A DNA stretch of 58,608 nucleotides from Clostridia bacterium (lineage in GTDB: Bacteria; Bacillota; Clostridia; Christensenellales; CAG-314). Location: contig JAFTHO010000130.1 of assembly GCA_017457385.1 (NCBI GenBank), positions 1-58,608 on the forward strand, in the 5' to 3' direction. The notes beneath the pieces were generated by a model. That model did no database searches, was not told where the DNA came from, and worked only from the letters and a program-made list of their open reading frames with translations. Below are positions 43,434-52,626 of the stretch, piece by piece. The first letter of the stretch is position 1, and the number at the start of each line of letters is the position of its first letter. Position numbers and translations under genes: made by a program.

Positions 43434-45701
43434 CTATCCTCCAATAATGTCTGTTACATCGTTTTTGAAAACTTTCATATTGGCAACCCCGTCTATTGTA
43501 TATTTATAGACAAATCCTAATGGACGAAATGAAGATTCATCATAAAAAATCTCTATCGCTAAAAAAACATCCTTTCCGGCCTTTATTTGACTTTGTAACT
43601 GTTTTTCTAGTTGTTTTATTGGCCCCTGATTCAATTTTGCACTTTGAGGAACAAGATTTCCAAATTTATTTGAACCATTAAACATGTCAGACATTAAGTG
43701 ACCCTTCTGATCTCCTATAAGTTCGTCGCCTTTACCTATAACAGACATAGCCTCATTTATTGTTTTTCTTCCTGTACGGTCTGTCAAATAAAGATCCCCT
43801 TGGACTTTAGTTACTCTTCCTAATCCATCGGTTTTATACGTATAGTTGTTTATAGTATACGTATTATTTGGAACTAGATCGTTTCCTTTTCGATAAATAT
43901 TACCAGTGTCATCCAAGTAAGTTTTTGTTTTTGCAGTCGCTTTTACTAGTGCTGTTTTAGAAAACTTTTTATTGAATTTTTGCACAAGCTCAAAGCTTTT
44001 TACTTTTTGCACCAGGTTGTTTGCAATTTTGCTCAATGACTGAACAGGTGCACTCTCTATAATTGGTTTGACTATTTTTTTGACAACTGGTGTAGCAGCT
44101 TTAAATATGCCGCTGATGGTTGCCGCAATCAAAGCACCTGTACCAAATTTTTGGCATGCTTCTTCAAAAGTAGCGCCGTCGATAAGTGCGTTTACAAAAA
44201 ACTCCCCACCACCAATGAGAGCATCACAAGTAAGGTCTATGGCCGTGCGTGCCAATACTTGGACTGCCCTTGTTTTGCCAATTGACAAGCCAGAAACCCA
44301 CTGGTTTGCAGTTCCTGCCAAAGCACCGGCAATGGTTGCAACGGCTACTTTTTCCCATTGGATATCTGACACAGGAGTACTCGAAATAACAACTTGTGAA
44401 AAAGTCTCCATAGCCGCACCGATGACGGCACCGCCAACCTGATGGCCCACCACAGGGAGGCCAATTTCCACACATATACCAGCGACAATCGCAGCACCGC
44501 AAACCACAGAAGTAACGATTTTTTCATCCAGTGTAGCGAGTTTTTCGATCTGTATGATGTCTATTTTGCAAACACCGTCTGCATCTACAGAAATGCGCAA
44601 ATGTTGCATAGGGTCAATGCGGTTTGCAATTTCAACCAAAGTATCTACGTCCACACCAATAAACGTTTCTTCCTGCAGACCAAGCAAAAAGTCTGTTAAA
44701 ACCTGCTTGTTTTGTGTTGCATACGTTTTAAGATCTTCGTATGCCATATTTGCGTCTTGTGTGCGCAAAATGCGATTGATTTCATCTTCTATTATTTTGA
44801 ATTCTGCCTCACCAACAAGACTGACACCATCAACGGGAACATACTCCTGTTCTTCTACAATATAAACGTATTGATTTGTGTCATAGTTGAAAATATTGCC
44901 CCTGCTTTCATCAATTGTCATACCGACAAGAAACGGCTCTTTTGTATAAGACAAAACTCCATCAACAACGTCATATTTGATATAATAATTGTTTTTTACA
45001 CAATGCATGTGCAAATCTGAAGTCTTGTAATTGTATACGTAAGAAAACTCTTCGTCATATTCTTCTTCTAAAGAAATAATTTCCAAGCCTGACTCTATAT
45101 CATTTGTTGTTATTTCATGTTGTTCAAGCAAGGGGATAAAGCCGGCAGAAAAATATGTTTTTCTCTCCGCATCTACGTAGGCATCTTCATAATCCACGTA
45201 AGAAATACCAACAACTTCCTGCGGATCATCTTCTTCTGTTCTTGCAACAGAAGGCAACGTTACGTATCCTACAAAAGTATCGTATTGTGTGCCAAGGTCT
45301 GACAAAATCAAGCGATAAACAAACTGCTCTTCCCGGTCAATTGCATAGTCGCTAAAATCTTCTTCCGGCAGGGTGTCACCACCAGAATCCCCACCTGGTG
45401 TTTCACCAGGATTTGTTCCTGTGCCTTCGTTCCCAGAGCCACTGCCTTCATTTCCTGATCCATCGGCAGAGCCACTGTCCTCGTTTCCTGATCCAGTATT
45501 TCCGCCCGAACTGCCACCTGACTCATCGCCAGAGCCCGATCCTGAATTGTCACCCGATTCTGTCGTAGTATCATTGCCGCCGTTGGATCCTCCGCCTGAG
45601 CCAGGCTTTTTGCCTTCACATGCAACAAACATAAACATCATAATCAATGACATTAATACAGCTAAAAATGATATAAAAAATTTTTTCTTTTGTTTTTTCA
45701 T
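43434..45701 (-). CDS. Lipoprotein-type polymorphic toxin with C-terminal non-specific DNA/RNA endonuclease (YeeF-CT / Endonuclease_NS_2-like) domain
   Basis: ATG at 45701 follows GGAG. Signal peptide plus lipobox-like FVAC, then a G/S/N/E low-complexity linker and a glycine-zipper hydrophobic region with FGTGAL (pre-toxin TG-like). The C-terminus has DQKGHLMSDMFNGSNKFGNLVPQSAKLNQG. Confidence 0.75.
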   Translation of the reverse strand: MKKQKKKFFISFLAVLMSLIMMFMFVACEGKKPGSGGGSNGGNDTTTESGDNSGSGSGDESGGSSGGNTGSGNEDSGSADGSGNEGSGSGNEGTGTNPGETPGGDSGGDTLPEEDFSDYAIDREEQFVYRLILSDLGTQYDTFVGYVTLPSVARTEEDDPQEVVGISYVDYEDAYVDAERKTYFSAGFIPLLEQHEITTNDIESGLEIISLEEEYDEEFSYVYNYKTSDLHMHCVKNNYYIKYDVVDGVLSYTKEPFLVGMTIDESRGNIFNYDTNQYVYIVEEQEYVPVDGVSLVGEAEFKIIEDEINRILRTQDANMAYEDLKTYATQNKQVLTDFLLGLQEETFIGVDVDTLVEIANRIDPMQHLRISVDADGVCKIDIIQIEKLATLDEKIVTSVVCGAAIVAGICVEIGLPVVGHQVGGAVIGAAMETFSQVVISSTPVSDIQWEKVAVATIAGALAGTANQWVSGLSIGKTRAVQVLARTAIDLTCDALIGGGEFFVNALIDGATFEEACQKFGTGALIAATISGIFKAATPVVKKIVKPIIESAPVQSLSKIANNLVQKVKSFELVQKFNKKFSKTALVKATAKTKTYLDDTGNIYRKGNDLVPNNTYTINNYTYKTDGLGRVTKVQGDLYLTDRTGRKTINEAMSVIGKGDELIGDQKGHLMSDMFNGSNKFGNLVPQSAKLNQGPIKQLEKQLQSQIKAGKDVFLAIEIFYDESSFRPLGFVYKYTIDGVANMKVFKNDVTDIIGG

Positions 45702-45729
45702 CTTTTTCTCCAATTGTTACATGCTATCA

Positions 45730-48513
45730 TTAATTAATCTCTAACGTATTTTTAAAGTTATTGCCATATCTGTCAATAACAGCAACTTCATATTTGCCCG
45801 CCGCATCAAACGTCATTTCTTCTGTTTCTGACGCCATATAATAACTGAATGTTACATTGTTGTTTTTGTCTGTATATTTAATGCGAACAAACGTGCATGG
45901 ATCTATATAATCTGATACTTGTTTTATTGCAAAAGAAGTGCAAACCTTGTTTTGCAAAGTGTTTTCCTGCGACAATTGTTGTGATTGCTGATCAACTATA
46001 ACGGCAACTTTTGCAGGTTGATTGCCCTGCCTGATAAAACATACGTTATATTGGGCCATGATTGTACCATAAACGTTTGTTTCTTCAATAGCAACCAAAC
46101 CAGGCTCGCAACCAAGTTTTACAAACTGCTCATACAGACCTTCGCCATAATTTAAAGAAAAACTATTGCCTTTTGAATCCGTCGCTCTAAGCAAAAATGA
46201 ATCCAGACCAAGTACGTCTTTGATAAACATATAGTCTTGCTGTTCTTCTTCTATAACAGAATATCTTCCATCCTCGCCCTGCACAAGCACGGCCTTTTTT
46301 TGATAACTGATAATTTTTGCAACTTGCTGATCGTTTATAACCAGATTTTTAACCAAAGCTTTGTTTCGATGTTCTGCGTTATACCATACAATCACGGTTT
46401 TATCCAGCGCCTCACATTGCAAATCTTCAAACTTTGTTCCTTCTTCTTCAATTTCCTGTGCACTTTTTGACAAAGTCAATATTGAATACGTAGCAGAAAG
46501 ATCAAAAAATCCTTCGTGAACAGACGACTGTGCATATTCGTTGACGAGTGCTGCATTTTGCCAACCCGAAGCCGTAAAAACAGGTTCTCCTGTGCTTGTT
46601 CCATGAAAACGCCACTCTCCATCCCCAAGATATTCCAATTCGCTCCATGCCACTTTTGTTGCATAATCAAGTGCTGACACTTTATCTGCAAAAGCAACCC
46701 TCACTCTACCTTTGCCGGCAGTGTTGCGTGCCACGTAGTAATATTTTGGCACATAGTCTGACGGAGATGCTATCGAAAATCCCTTGAATTCATTTGTAGA
46801 CATCAATTCCTGATTTATCGTTTTGTCAACATCTTTGCCAACGAGTTTAAATTTGAATCTGTATACACGAACGTCACCTGACAACTCTACGTTGGCTCCG
46901 TTGATATATTTGTAATAATCAGGATGAGTATAAAAAATTGCTTCGTATTCGCCCCAGTCAAAAAGGGTCATTTGATACGTTTGCTCACCATTGTTGTATA
47001 CAGGCGTGCCATTATACCAGTTTTCTGCACCGGTACTTTTATTGATAACCCTACCATATAAAGGCAAACAATACTCCTGTGACACCTCTTGGAGCTTGAT
47101 TTTTAGTGGGGCAATAAATACAGGCACATCCATATATGCATCAAAAATTCTTTTGTTGCCATACCCGTTATCTGGCGAATAATCTATAAACTCATCACCA
47201 TACGTTTGGCCATTGTATATTTTTTTATTTCCAAAATAACGTACGTATGCTTCGTCTGCGCTTGCCCTGTCTATGTACAGAGTTTTTTGTATTATCCTGA
47301 CAGGATTTTCTTTTGGGGCACTGATTGTTATCGTGTATTTTCCAGTATCAGTTATTTCATAAAAAATTTGTCCGTCCGCCTCTTGTTTTTCTGGCAGATC
47401 AATATGCTCTCCATTTTTTTGAAGCAAAATGCCAAGATATGGATTTGCCGTGACATTTATTCTGAAACCGGTTGTTGTCATCGAATTATCTTTCATTGTG
47501 TCCATCATTTTATTAACAACACTAGAAAGATATTCGTTATATTGTTCCGTTTGTTTTTCAAATTCTTCTGAATTTTGACTGTCAGGTTTTGCAACTTGTA
47601 CAATTTCTTCTTTGTCGCTCAAGGTAAGATTATTAAACGAAACAACGTCCGGATTTGCGGCCACCACAAAAAACGTGTAACTTTCGCAAATGTTAAGATA
47701 TTCTGTCTTTTTTTTGTGATTTTCTAAAAACAAAAATTTGTCACATACGTCGGTATAATGCTTTACTTCATAAAAAAAGTTGACCGTAACGTATATGCCA
47801 CGTCTTACGTCGTCGCCATCCAGCACGTATTGTTGTGTTGTTCCATGATAATTGTTGAGCACGTTTGTTGTATACAGACCGTTTGCATATTTGCCCCCGT
47901 CTGCGACAGTCCAGTTTGTCTTGTCATAAGACGTCTGCACAACTATTGCACCCGTTTCTATTTTGCCAGTAACAACCTGCAAACCATTTGAAGTCACACT
48001 TTCCGGATTGTTGCCCGTCTGATGTTCGCCCCAGTCATCACTGTTCAGTTTGTAATATTCTTCTGACAGTTCACCCACAACGTGCCTATCTTCTGCAACG
48101 TAGTGAGTCAATGTATTTGGCGAAGTTGTTTCTTCGTTATCTATAGTTTCATCAACGTACAAATCTTTAAAAGAAACGTTTACGAAAAAATCGCTTGCAT
48201 TTGTTATGTAAATCGTTGGCTCGTTATAATTGACAACAAACTGATAGGCATTTTCTTCGGACGAACCAACAAAAAGTGACGTCATTGCTTTTTCATTTCC
48301 ATAAGGCAGACTTGTTGGCTGAACAGAATTGTATCCCTCGTCTTCTTCAGAAATATATATCTTTCTGAATTCGGTCAGATCTTTTTGAGTACCTGACGTT
48401 GCAGACGCAGTTGATATTGCCCATACATTTGCAATGCCAACAAAAGACCACACCATTGCAATCACACATATTGTAAATATACTGTACCACGCTTTTTTCG
48501 AAATAATTTTCAC
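45730..48513 (-). CDS. Large secreted hypothetical protein (927 aa)
   Basis: GTG start with GGAG and signal peptide ...VGIANVWA. It ends 28 nt upstream of the toxin ATG (45701) on the same strand. Confidence 0.75.
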   Translation of the reverse strand: MKIISKKAWYSIFTICVIAMVWSFVGIANVWAISTASATSGTQKDLTEFRKIYISEEDEGYNSVQPTSLPYGNEKAMTSLFVGSSEENAYQFVVNYNEPTIYITNASDFFVNVSFKDLYVDETIDNEETTSPNTLTHYVAEDRHVVGELSEEYYKLNSDDWGEHQTGNNPESVTSNGLQVVTGKIETGAIVVQTSYDKTNWTVADGGKYANGLYTTNVLNNYHGTTQQYVLDGDDVRRGIYVTVNFFYEVKHYTDVCDKFLFLENHKKKTEYLNICESYTFFVVAANPDVVSFNNLTLSDKEEIVQVAKPDSQNSEEFEKQTEQYNEYLSSVVNKMMDTMKDNSMTTTGFRINVTANPYLGILLQKNGEHIDLPEKQEADGQIFYEITDTGKYTITISAPKENPVRIIQKTLYIDRASADEAYVRYFGNKKIYNGQTYGDEFIDYSPDNGYGNKRIFDAYMDVPVFIAPLKIKLQEVSQEYCLPLYGRVINKSTGAENWYNGTPVYNNGEQTYQMTLFDWGEYEAIFYTHPDYYKYINGANVELSGDVRVYRFKFKLVGKDVDKTINQELMSTNEFKGFSIASPSDYVPKYYYVARNTAGKGRVRVAFADKVSALDYATKVAWSELEYLGDGEWRFHGTSTGEPVFTASGWQNAALVNEYAQSSVHEGFFDLSATYSILTLSKSAQEIEEEGTKFEDLQCEALDKTVIVWYNAEHRNKALVKNLVINDQQVAKIISYQKKAVLVQGEDGRYSVIEEEQQDYMFIKDVLGLDSFLLRATDSKGNSFSLNYGEGLYEQFVKLGCEPGLVAIEETNVYGTIMAQYNVCFIRQGNQPAKVAVIVDQQSQQLSQENTLQNKVCTSFAIKQVSDYIDPCTFVRIKYTDKNNNVTFSYYMASETEEMTFDAAGKYEVAVIDRYGNNFKNTLEIN

Positions 48514-48801
48514 TTTTTACTCCATATACGTTTTGTTTAAAACAATTAAACCGACTGTTAAAAATCTTTATGCCATGATATTTTTGACTGACCAATTTTT
48601 TTGTTGTTTTAACTTTTTAATCAAAAACAATGTGATATTTTTTAATTATTTTACAAAACTTTTGCATCCATTTCAAGCGGAAACAATCTTTTTGTATCAC
48701 TTTTTTTATTTTAGTTCAAAACGCCACATAAATGCTGTGACGTTGTTTGTCTTTTTGTTAATATATTTTAAAAAGCAACTGACAATTTGATTTTTTACAA
48801 C

Positions 48802-48831
48802 AAAAAACCACTCTGCAACAGAGTGGTTTTA
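48802..48831. terminator. Bidirectional terminator ACCACTCTG/CAGAGTGGT
   Basis: Hairpin flanked by A and T runs. Confidence 0.8.
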
Positions 48832-48835
48832 TATT

Positions 48836-49885
48836 TTAAAACAAATCTTCTTCTTTTTCCGGCACTTGTGCTTCGTCAATTGGTTTTGACACCTGACGCT
48901 GACTTTGCACAAATTTGAGTGCATCCTGCTCCTGCTCTGGTGTGAGTGGTTGTGGCTTTTCGCCAGGCTGATTGACAACAACCTGCTGATATGGCAATGC
49001 AACGTTGTTTTTGTCAAACATAATTTTGATTTCTCTGTTCATGCCACGTTGCACCGTGTATATATCTTCTTCGTGACATTTTGCAAAAAACAGCAGTTCC
49101 ATAGTGGACGAGCCAAGGTTTGTAATGCCTTTGTAAAAAGGACCCTCCACAATTTGCGGAACGTGTTGTTTGATTGTATCTATGTTTTGCTCAATGATGA
49201 GCTCGATGTTTTGAATTGACTCGCCATAACTGACCGAAACAATGCTCCTGGCAAGCGAAAGCTCTTTTGTCTGGTTGATGACAGAGGTGATCATGCTGTT
49301 GTTGACAACCTTTACGTTGCCACCAACGTCCACAATTTTTGTGGTGCGTATGCCAATTTCGTCAACACGGCCACGCCATCCGTCAACCACAACGTAGTCG
49401 CCAACCTGATATACCTTTTCAAACACGATAAAGATGCCTGCAATGATGTCGGCAATAAGGCTTTGTGCGCCAAGACCAACAACAATACCCAAAATACCGG
49501 CAGAGGCAACGAGTGCACCCGTATCCACACCCCATGCGCTGAGCACGAGCAAAACTGCAACGATTGCAACGATATATCTCAAAAAACTGTTGATCATTTT
49601 GATGATTGTCACGTGACGTTTGTTTGCACGCATAATCTGCCTGATAAAAAACCTTGCAATTATGCTGACTGTCCATGCAAAAGTCAAAATCTGCACTGTT
49701 TTGACAACAGATGGCACGAAAGAAAACAACATGTTGACGCCATCGTTTGCCGAAATTGCCTGATTGAACACAGACTCTTCGCCAAAAATTTTGTCATACA
49801 AAATGATTGACACAACCGTCGCCGCCAAAAAGATGAGATAAAACACCAGACGGTGCGTTTTGATTTGATATTTTTTGTTTTGCAT
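48836..49885 (-). CDS. Small-conductance mechanosensitive channel (MscS family)
   Basis: Three N-terminal TM helices followed by the conserved beta domain (GDYVVVDGWRGRVDEIGIRTTKIVDVGGNVKVVNNS). Confidence 0.85.
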   Translation of the reverse strand: MQNKKYQIKTHRLVFYLIFLAATVVSIILYDKIFGEESVFNQAISANDGVNMLFSFVPSVVKTVQILTFAWTVSIIARFFIRQIMRANKRHVTIIKMINSFLRYIVAIVAVLLVLSAWGVDTGALVASAGILGIVVGLGAQSLIADIIAGIFIVFEKVYQVGDYVVVDGWRGRVDEIGIRTTKIVDVGGNVKVVNNSMITSVINQTKELSLARSIVSVSYGESIQNIELIIEQNIDTIKQHVPQIVEGPFYKGITNLGSSTMELLFFAKCHEEDIYTVQRGMNREIKIMFDKNNVALPYQQVVVNQPGEKPQPLTPEQEQDALKFVQSQRQVSKPIDEAQVPEKEEDLF

Positions 49886-49891
49886 AAAAAA

Positions 49892-50461
49892 TCACCTTTG
49901 TTCTTTTGCAACGTGAGTTGCAGTTTTTATCTTTTGTTTTGCAAGAGTTGCGTTGCCGTCTTTTATTTCTACCGTGAAATAAACTCCTTTTGGCAAATCT
50001 GCCTGCACGCCCGTATCTGTGGCAGAGTCTATTTTGTCCACACGATAAATCTGCTTGTTGCCGTTGTATACCACAACGCACAAATCTGCATTGTCATCCC
50101 AGTTGTCCACCACCGATTGGTAATATATCTCGTTTTGTGTGGCATATACGTCAAGACTTGCCGTATAGTCGCTTGTTGGTGCAAACAAACCTGCTGACAC
50201 CGTGATTGCACCCACAGCACCGAGTGCAAGCACACCTGTGACAACCTTGCTTGTGGTTTTTGCTTTTTTTGCCAGTTCGGCATTGTATAACTGTGGACGG
50301 ATATGCGTCATTTCGTCCGGACAGATTTTTTCCTGTGCAACAAAGTTGTGCTCGACAAACTGCATGCTTTCGACCCACTCGTTGTGTTTTTCGTCAAAAG
50401 CAAATTTTTCGTTGTCGTTGTTGTTGACAAGCCCTTTTAGCAAATCCGGATCAAACTGCAC
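49892..50461 (-). CDS. Single-pass membrane hypothetical protein (189 aa)
   Basis: Central TM helix VVTGVLALGAVGAITVSAGLF. No recognisable motif. Confidence 0.55.
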   Translation of the reverse strand: MQFDPDLLKGLVNNNDNEKFAFDEKHNEWVESMQFVEHNFVAQEKICPDEMTHIRPQLYNAELAKKAKTTSKVVTGVLALGAVGAITVSAGLFAPTSDYTASLDVYATQNEIYYQSVVDNWDDNADLCVVVYNGNKQIYRVDKIDSATDTGVQADLPKGVYFTVEIKDGNATLAKQKIKTATHVAKEQR

Positions 50462-50531
50462 GGCATACCCCCTTGTTTTATAGCTATATTATACAATAAA
50501 ACAAAAACAAATCAATAGCAAAAAGCAAAAC

Positions 50532-50556
50532 AAAAAAGCACGGGAAACCCCGTGCT
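50532..50556 (-). terminator. Terminator AGCACGGG/CCCGTGCT after pbuX
   Basis: Hairpin followed by a T run on the minus strand. Confidence 0.8.
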
Positions 50557-50571
50557 TTAAAAACATATTTT

Positions 50572-51894
50572 TTATTGTTGTTCTTCTTTTTCTTTTGGCA
50601 TAACAAGGTTGAGGATAATTGCCAAAACAAAAACAACTGCAACACAGTTTTCTGCAAAAATTGTCTGGAACAATTGTGGAAAACCTGCAAAGATTTGTGG
50701 CACTTGTGTAAAACCAAGACCAATGCTGAGTGACAATGCCAAAATTGTTATGTTGCGTTGAGAAAAACCACATTTTGCAACCATTTGCATACCACTTACA
50801 ACAATGGTACCAAACATCATTATTGTGCAACCGCCCAAAACGGCTTCTGGCAAGGTTGCAAGAATTGCACCAACAGCAGGGAACAAACCTGCAATTATCA
50901 TAATGCATGCACCCGTTGCAATAGTAAACCTGTTTACAACCTTTGTCATAGCAACAAGACCAACGTTTTGACTGAAAGAAGTGACAGGCATGCAACCAAA
51001 GCAGGCAGAAAGCGAACTTACAAAACCGTCAACTGCAAGCGAACCAGAAATTTCTTTGTCTGTTGGTTCGCGACCAAGTGCAGTAGCAGCAAGTGCAGTT
51101 GTGTCGCCAATTGTTTCTGTTGCAGAAACCAAAAAGATAAGTGCAACTGCAATAATTGCATCAATATTAAACACAGGTGTATACGGCATAATTTTTGGCA
51201 ACGAAACAATGCCAATTCCTTCGAGTGCAGAAAAATCTACCACACCAAGGCAAAGCGCAAGTATATAACCAACAACAAGACCAAACAAAACAGAAAGTTG
51301 TTTGTAATGACCTTTTGCCAAAATGTTAAAGCCAATGCAACAAACGAGTGTAACGCAACCAAGCAACCAGTTTTGAGCACTGCCAAAATCTGCCGCGCCA
51401 TTGCCACCTGCAAAAGAGTTTGCACCAACTGTCAAAAGCGAAAAACCAATTGCCGTAACAACGCTTGCCGCAACTATTGGCGAAATTATTTTGCGCCAGT
51501 ATTTTGCAAAAAAGCCCAAAAGCCCCTCGACAATACCACCAACGATAACGGCACCGATTATTGCCTCATAACCATAGTTTGTGCCAACGTATGCAAAAAC
51601 CGAAACGAAGGTAAAGCTCACGCCCATTATGATAGGCAAGCCAGAACCAAACTTCCAGAAAGGAAAAAGTTGTATCAACGAACCAATGCCCGCAATAATC
51701 ATTGCCGTTTGAATGAGAGTTGCCGTTTCGCTTGCAGAAAGGCCACACATGCCGGTAACGATAATGATAGGAGTAATGTTTGCGACAAACATTGCCAAAA
51801 TGTGTTGCAAGCCAAAAGGAACAGCCTTTGCAACAGGCACACGTCCGTCAAGGTTATAAATATTTTTTACGTCTGCTTTGCTTTTTGTGCTCAT
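50572..51894 (-). CDS. pbuX: Xanthine/uracil permease (NCS2 family)
   Basis: Polytopic NCS2-like sequence, overlapping and downstream of xpt as in Bacillus xpt-pbuX. Confidence 0.85.
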   Translation of the reverse strand: MSTKSKADVKNIYNLDGRVPVAKAVPFGLQHILAMFVANITPIIIVTGMCGLSASETATLIQTAMIIAGIGSLIQLFPFWKFGSGLPIIMGVSFTFVSVFAYVGTNYGYEAIIGAVIVGGIVEGLLGFFAKYWRKIISPIVAASVVTAIGFSLLTVGANSFAGGNGAADFGSAQNWLLGCVTLVCCIGFNILAKGHYKQLSVLFGLVVGYILALCLGVVDFSALEGIGIVSLPKIMPYTPVFNIDAIIAVALIFLVSATETIGDTTALAATALGREPTDKEISGSLAVDGFVSSLSACFGCMPVTSFSQNVGLVAMTKVVNRFTIATGACIMIIAGLFPAVGAILATLPEAVLGGCTIMMFGTIVVSGMQMVAKCGFSQRNITILALSLSIGLGFTQVPQIFAGFPQLFQTIFAENCVAVVFVLAIILNLVMPKEKEEQQ

Positions 51895-52481
51895 ATTTCC
51901 CCCTGTTCACGAAAGAAAATTTCGCCTGTGCCTGCATCCATGCCGTCAACAATGGCAAGTGACAACAAATCATAGCCAAGGTTGCGAATCATTCTGCCAC
52001 CAACCTGAAAGCCTTTTTCTACACCAATGCCAATGCCCACAACCTGTGCGCCAGCATCTTTCACGATAGAAATAAGACCTTGCAAGGCACAACCGTTTGC
52101 CAAAAAGTCATCAATAAGCAAGATACGATCGTCTGGCGACAAAAACTTTTTAGACACAATGACAGTGTTTTTGTTTTTATGAGTAAACGACTCGACTTCT
52201 GCCGTATAAAGGTCGCCATCAAGATTTACACTTTTAGATTTTTTTGCAAAAACAACAGGCACGTCAAAATATCTTGCCGCGGCACATGCAATTGCAATGC
52301 CAGACGTTTCGATAGTCAAAATTTTTGTAACCTGCTTTTCTGCAAATTTTTTGTAAAAAGCCTGACCCATTTTGTCAAGCAGTTTTACGTCCATCTGGTG
52401 GTTCAAAAAGCTGTCAACCTTGAGCACGTTGCCCTCTTTTACCACACCATCTTTAACAATACGTTCTTCTAAAAAATTCAT
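51891..52481 (-). CDS. xpt: Xanthine phosphoribosyltransferase
   Basis: [12 protein letters not shown] and the PRPP-binding motif [11 protein letters not shown]. Confidence 0.9.
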   Translation of the reverse strand: MNFLEERIVKDGVVKEGNVLKVDSFLNHQMDVKLLDKMGQAFYKKFAEKQVTKILTIETSGIAIACAAARYFDVPVVFAKKSKSVNLDGDLYTAEVESFTHKNKNTVIVSKKFLSPDDRILLIDDFLANGCALQGLISIVKDAGAQVVGIGIGVEKGFQVGGRMIRNLGYDLLSLAIVDGMDAGTGEIFFREQGEI

Positions 52482-52514
52482 AACTTTTTTCCTTAATGTA
52501 AAATTTACCTACAT

Positions 52515-52543
52515 ATTATATAAAAATTCGACAAAGTTTTCAA
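52515..52543 (-). promoter_or_regulatory. Near-consensus promoter of xpt-pbuX
   Basis: On the minus strand: TTGAAA (52543-52538), a 17-nt spacer, then TATAAT (52520-52515), about 34 nt before the ATG. Confidence 0.65.
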
Positions 52544-52577
52544 TAGCAAAAGCAAAGTTAAACAAACTTTTGCAAAC

Positions 52578-52604
52578 AAAAAAGCACGGATTTTTTTCCG
52601 TGCT
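52578..52604 (-). terminator. Terminator AGCACGGA/TCCGTGCT after the giant surface-protein gene
   Basis: Hairpin followed by a T run on the minus strand. Confidence 0.8.
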
Positions 52605-52626
52605 TTTATATTTTGTATAGTTGTTG

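Noticed and set aside
50758-51975. 405-aa plus-strand ORF rich in C/N/R/K
   Set aside because: It is antisense to the well-supported pbuX/xpt genes, and its composition is typical of a shadow frame.
52482-52626. Guanine/purine riboswitch expected upstream of xpt
   Set aside because: The leader is only about 34 nt after a consensus -10 box. No conserved riboswitch junction or loop sequences can be read.
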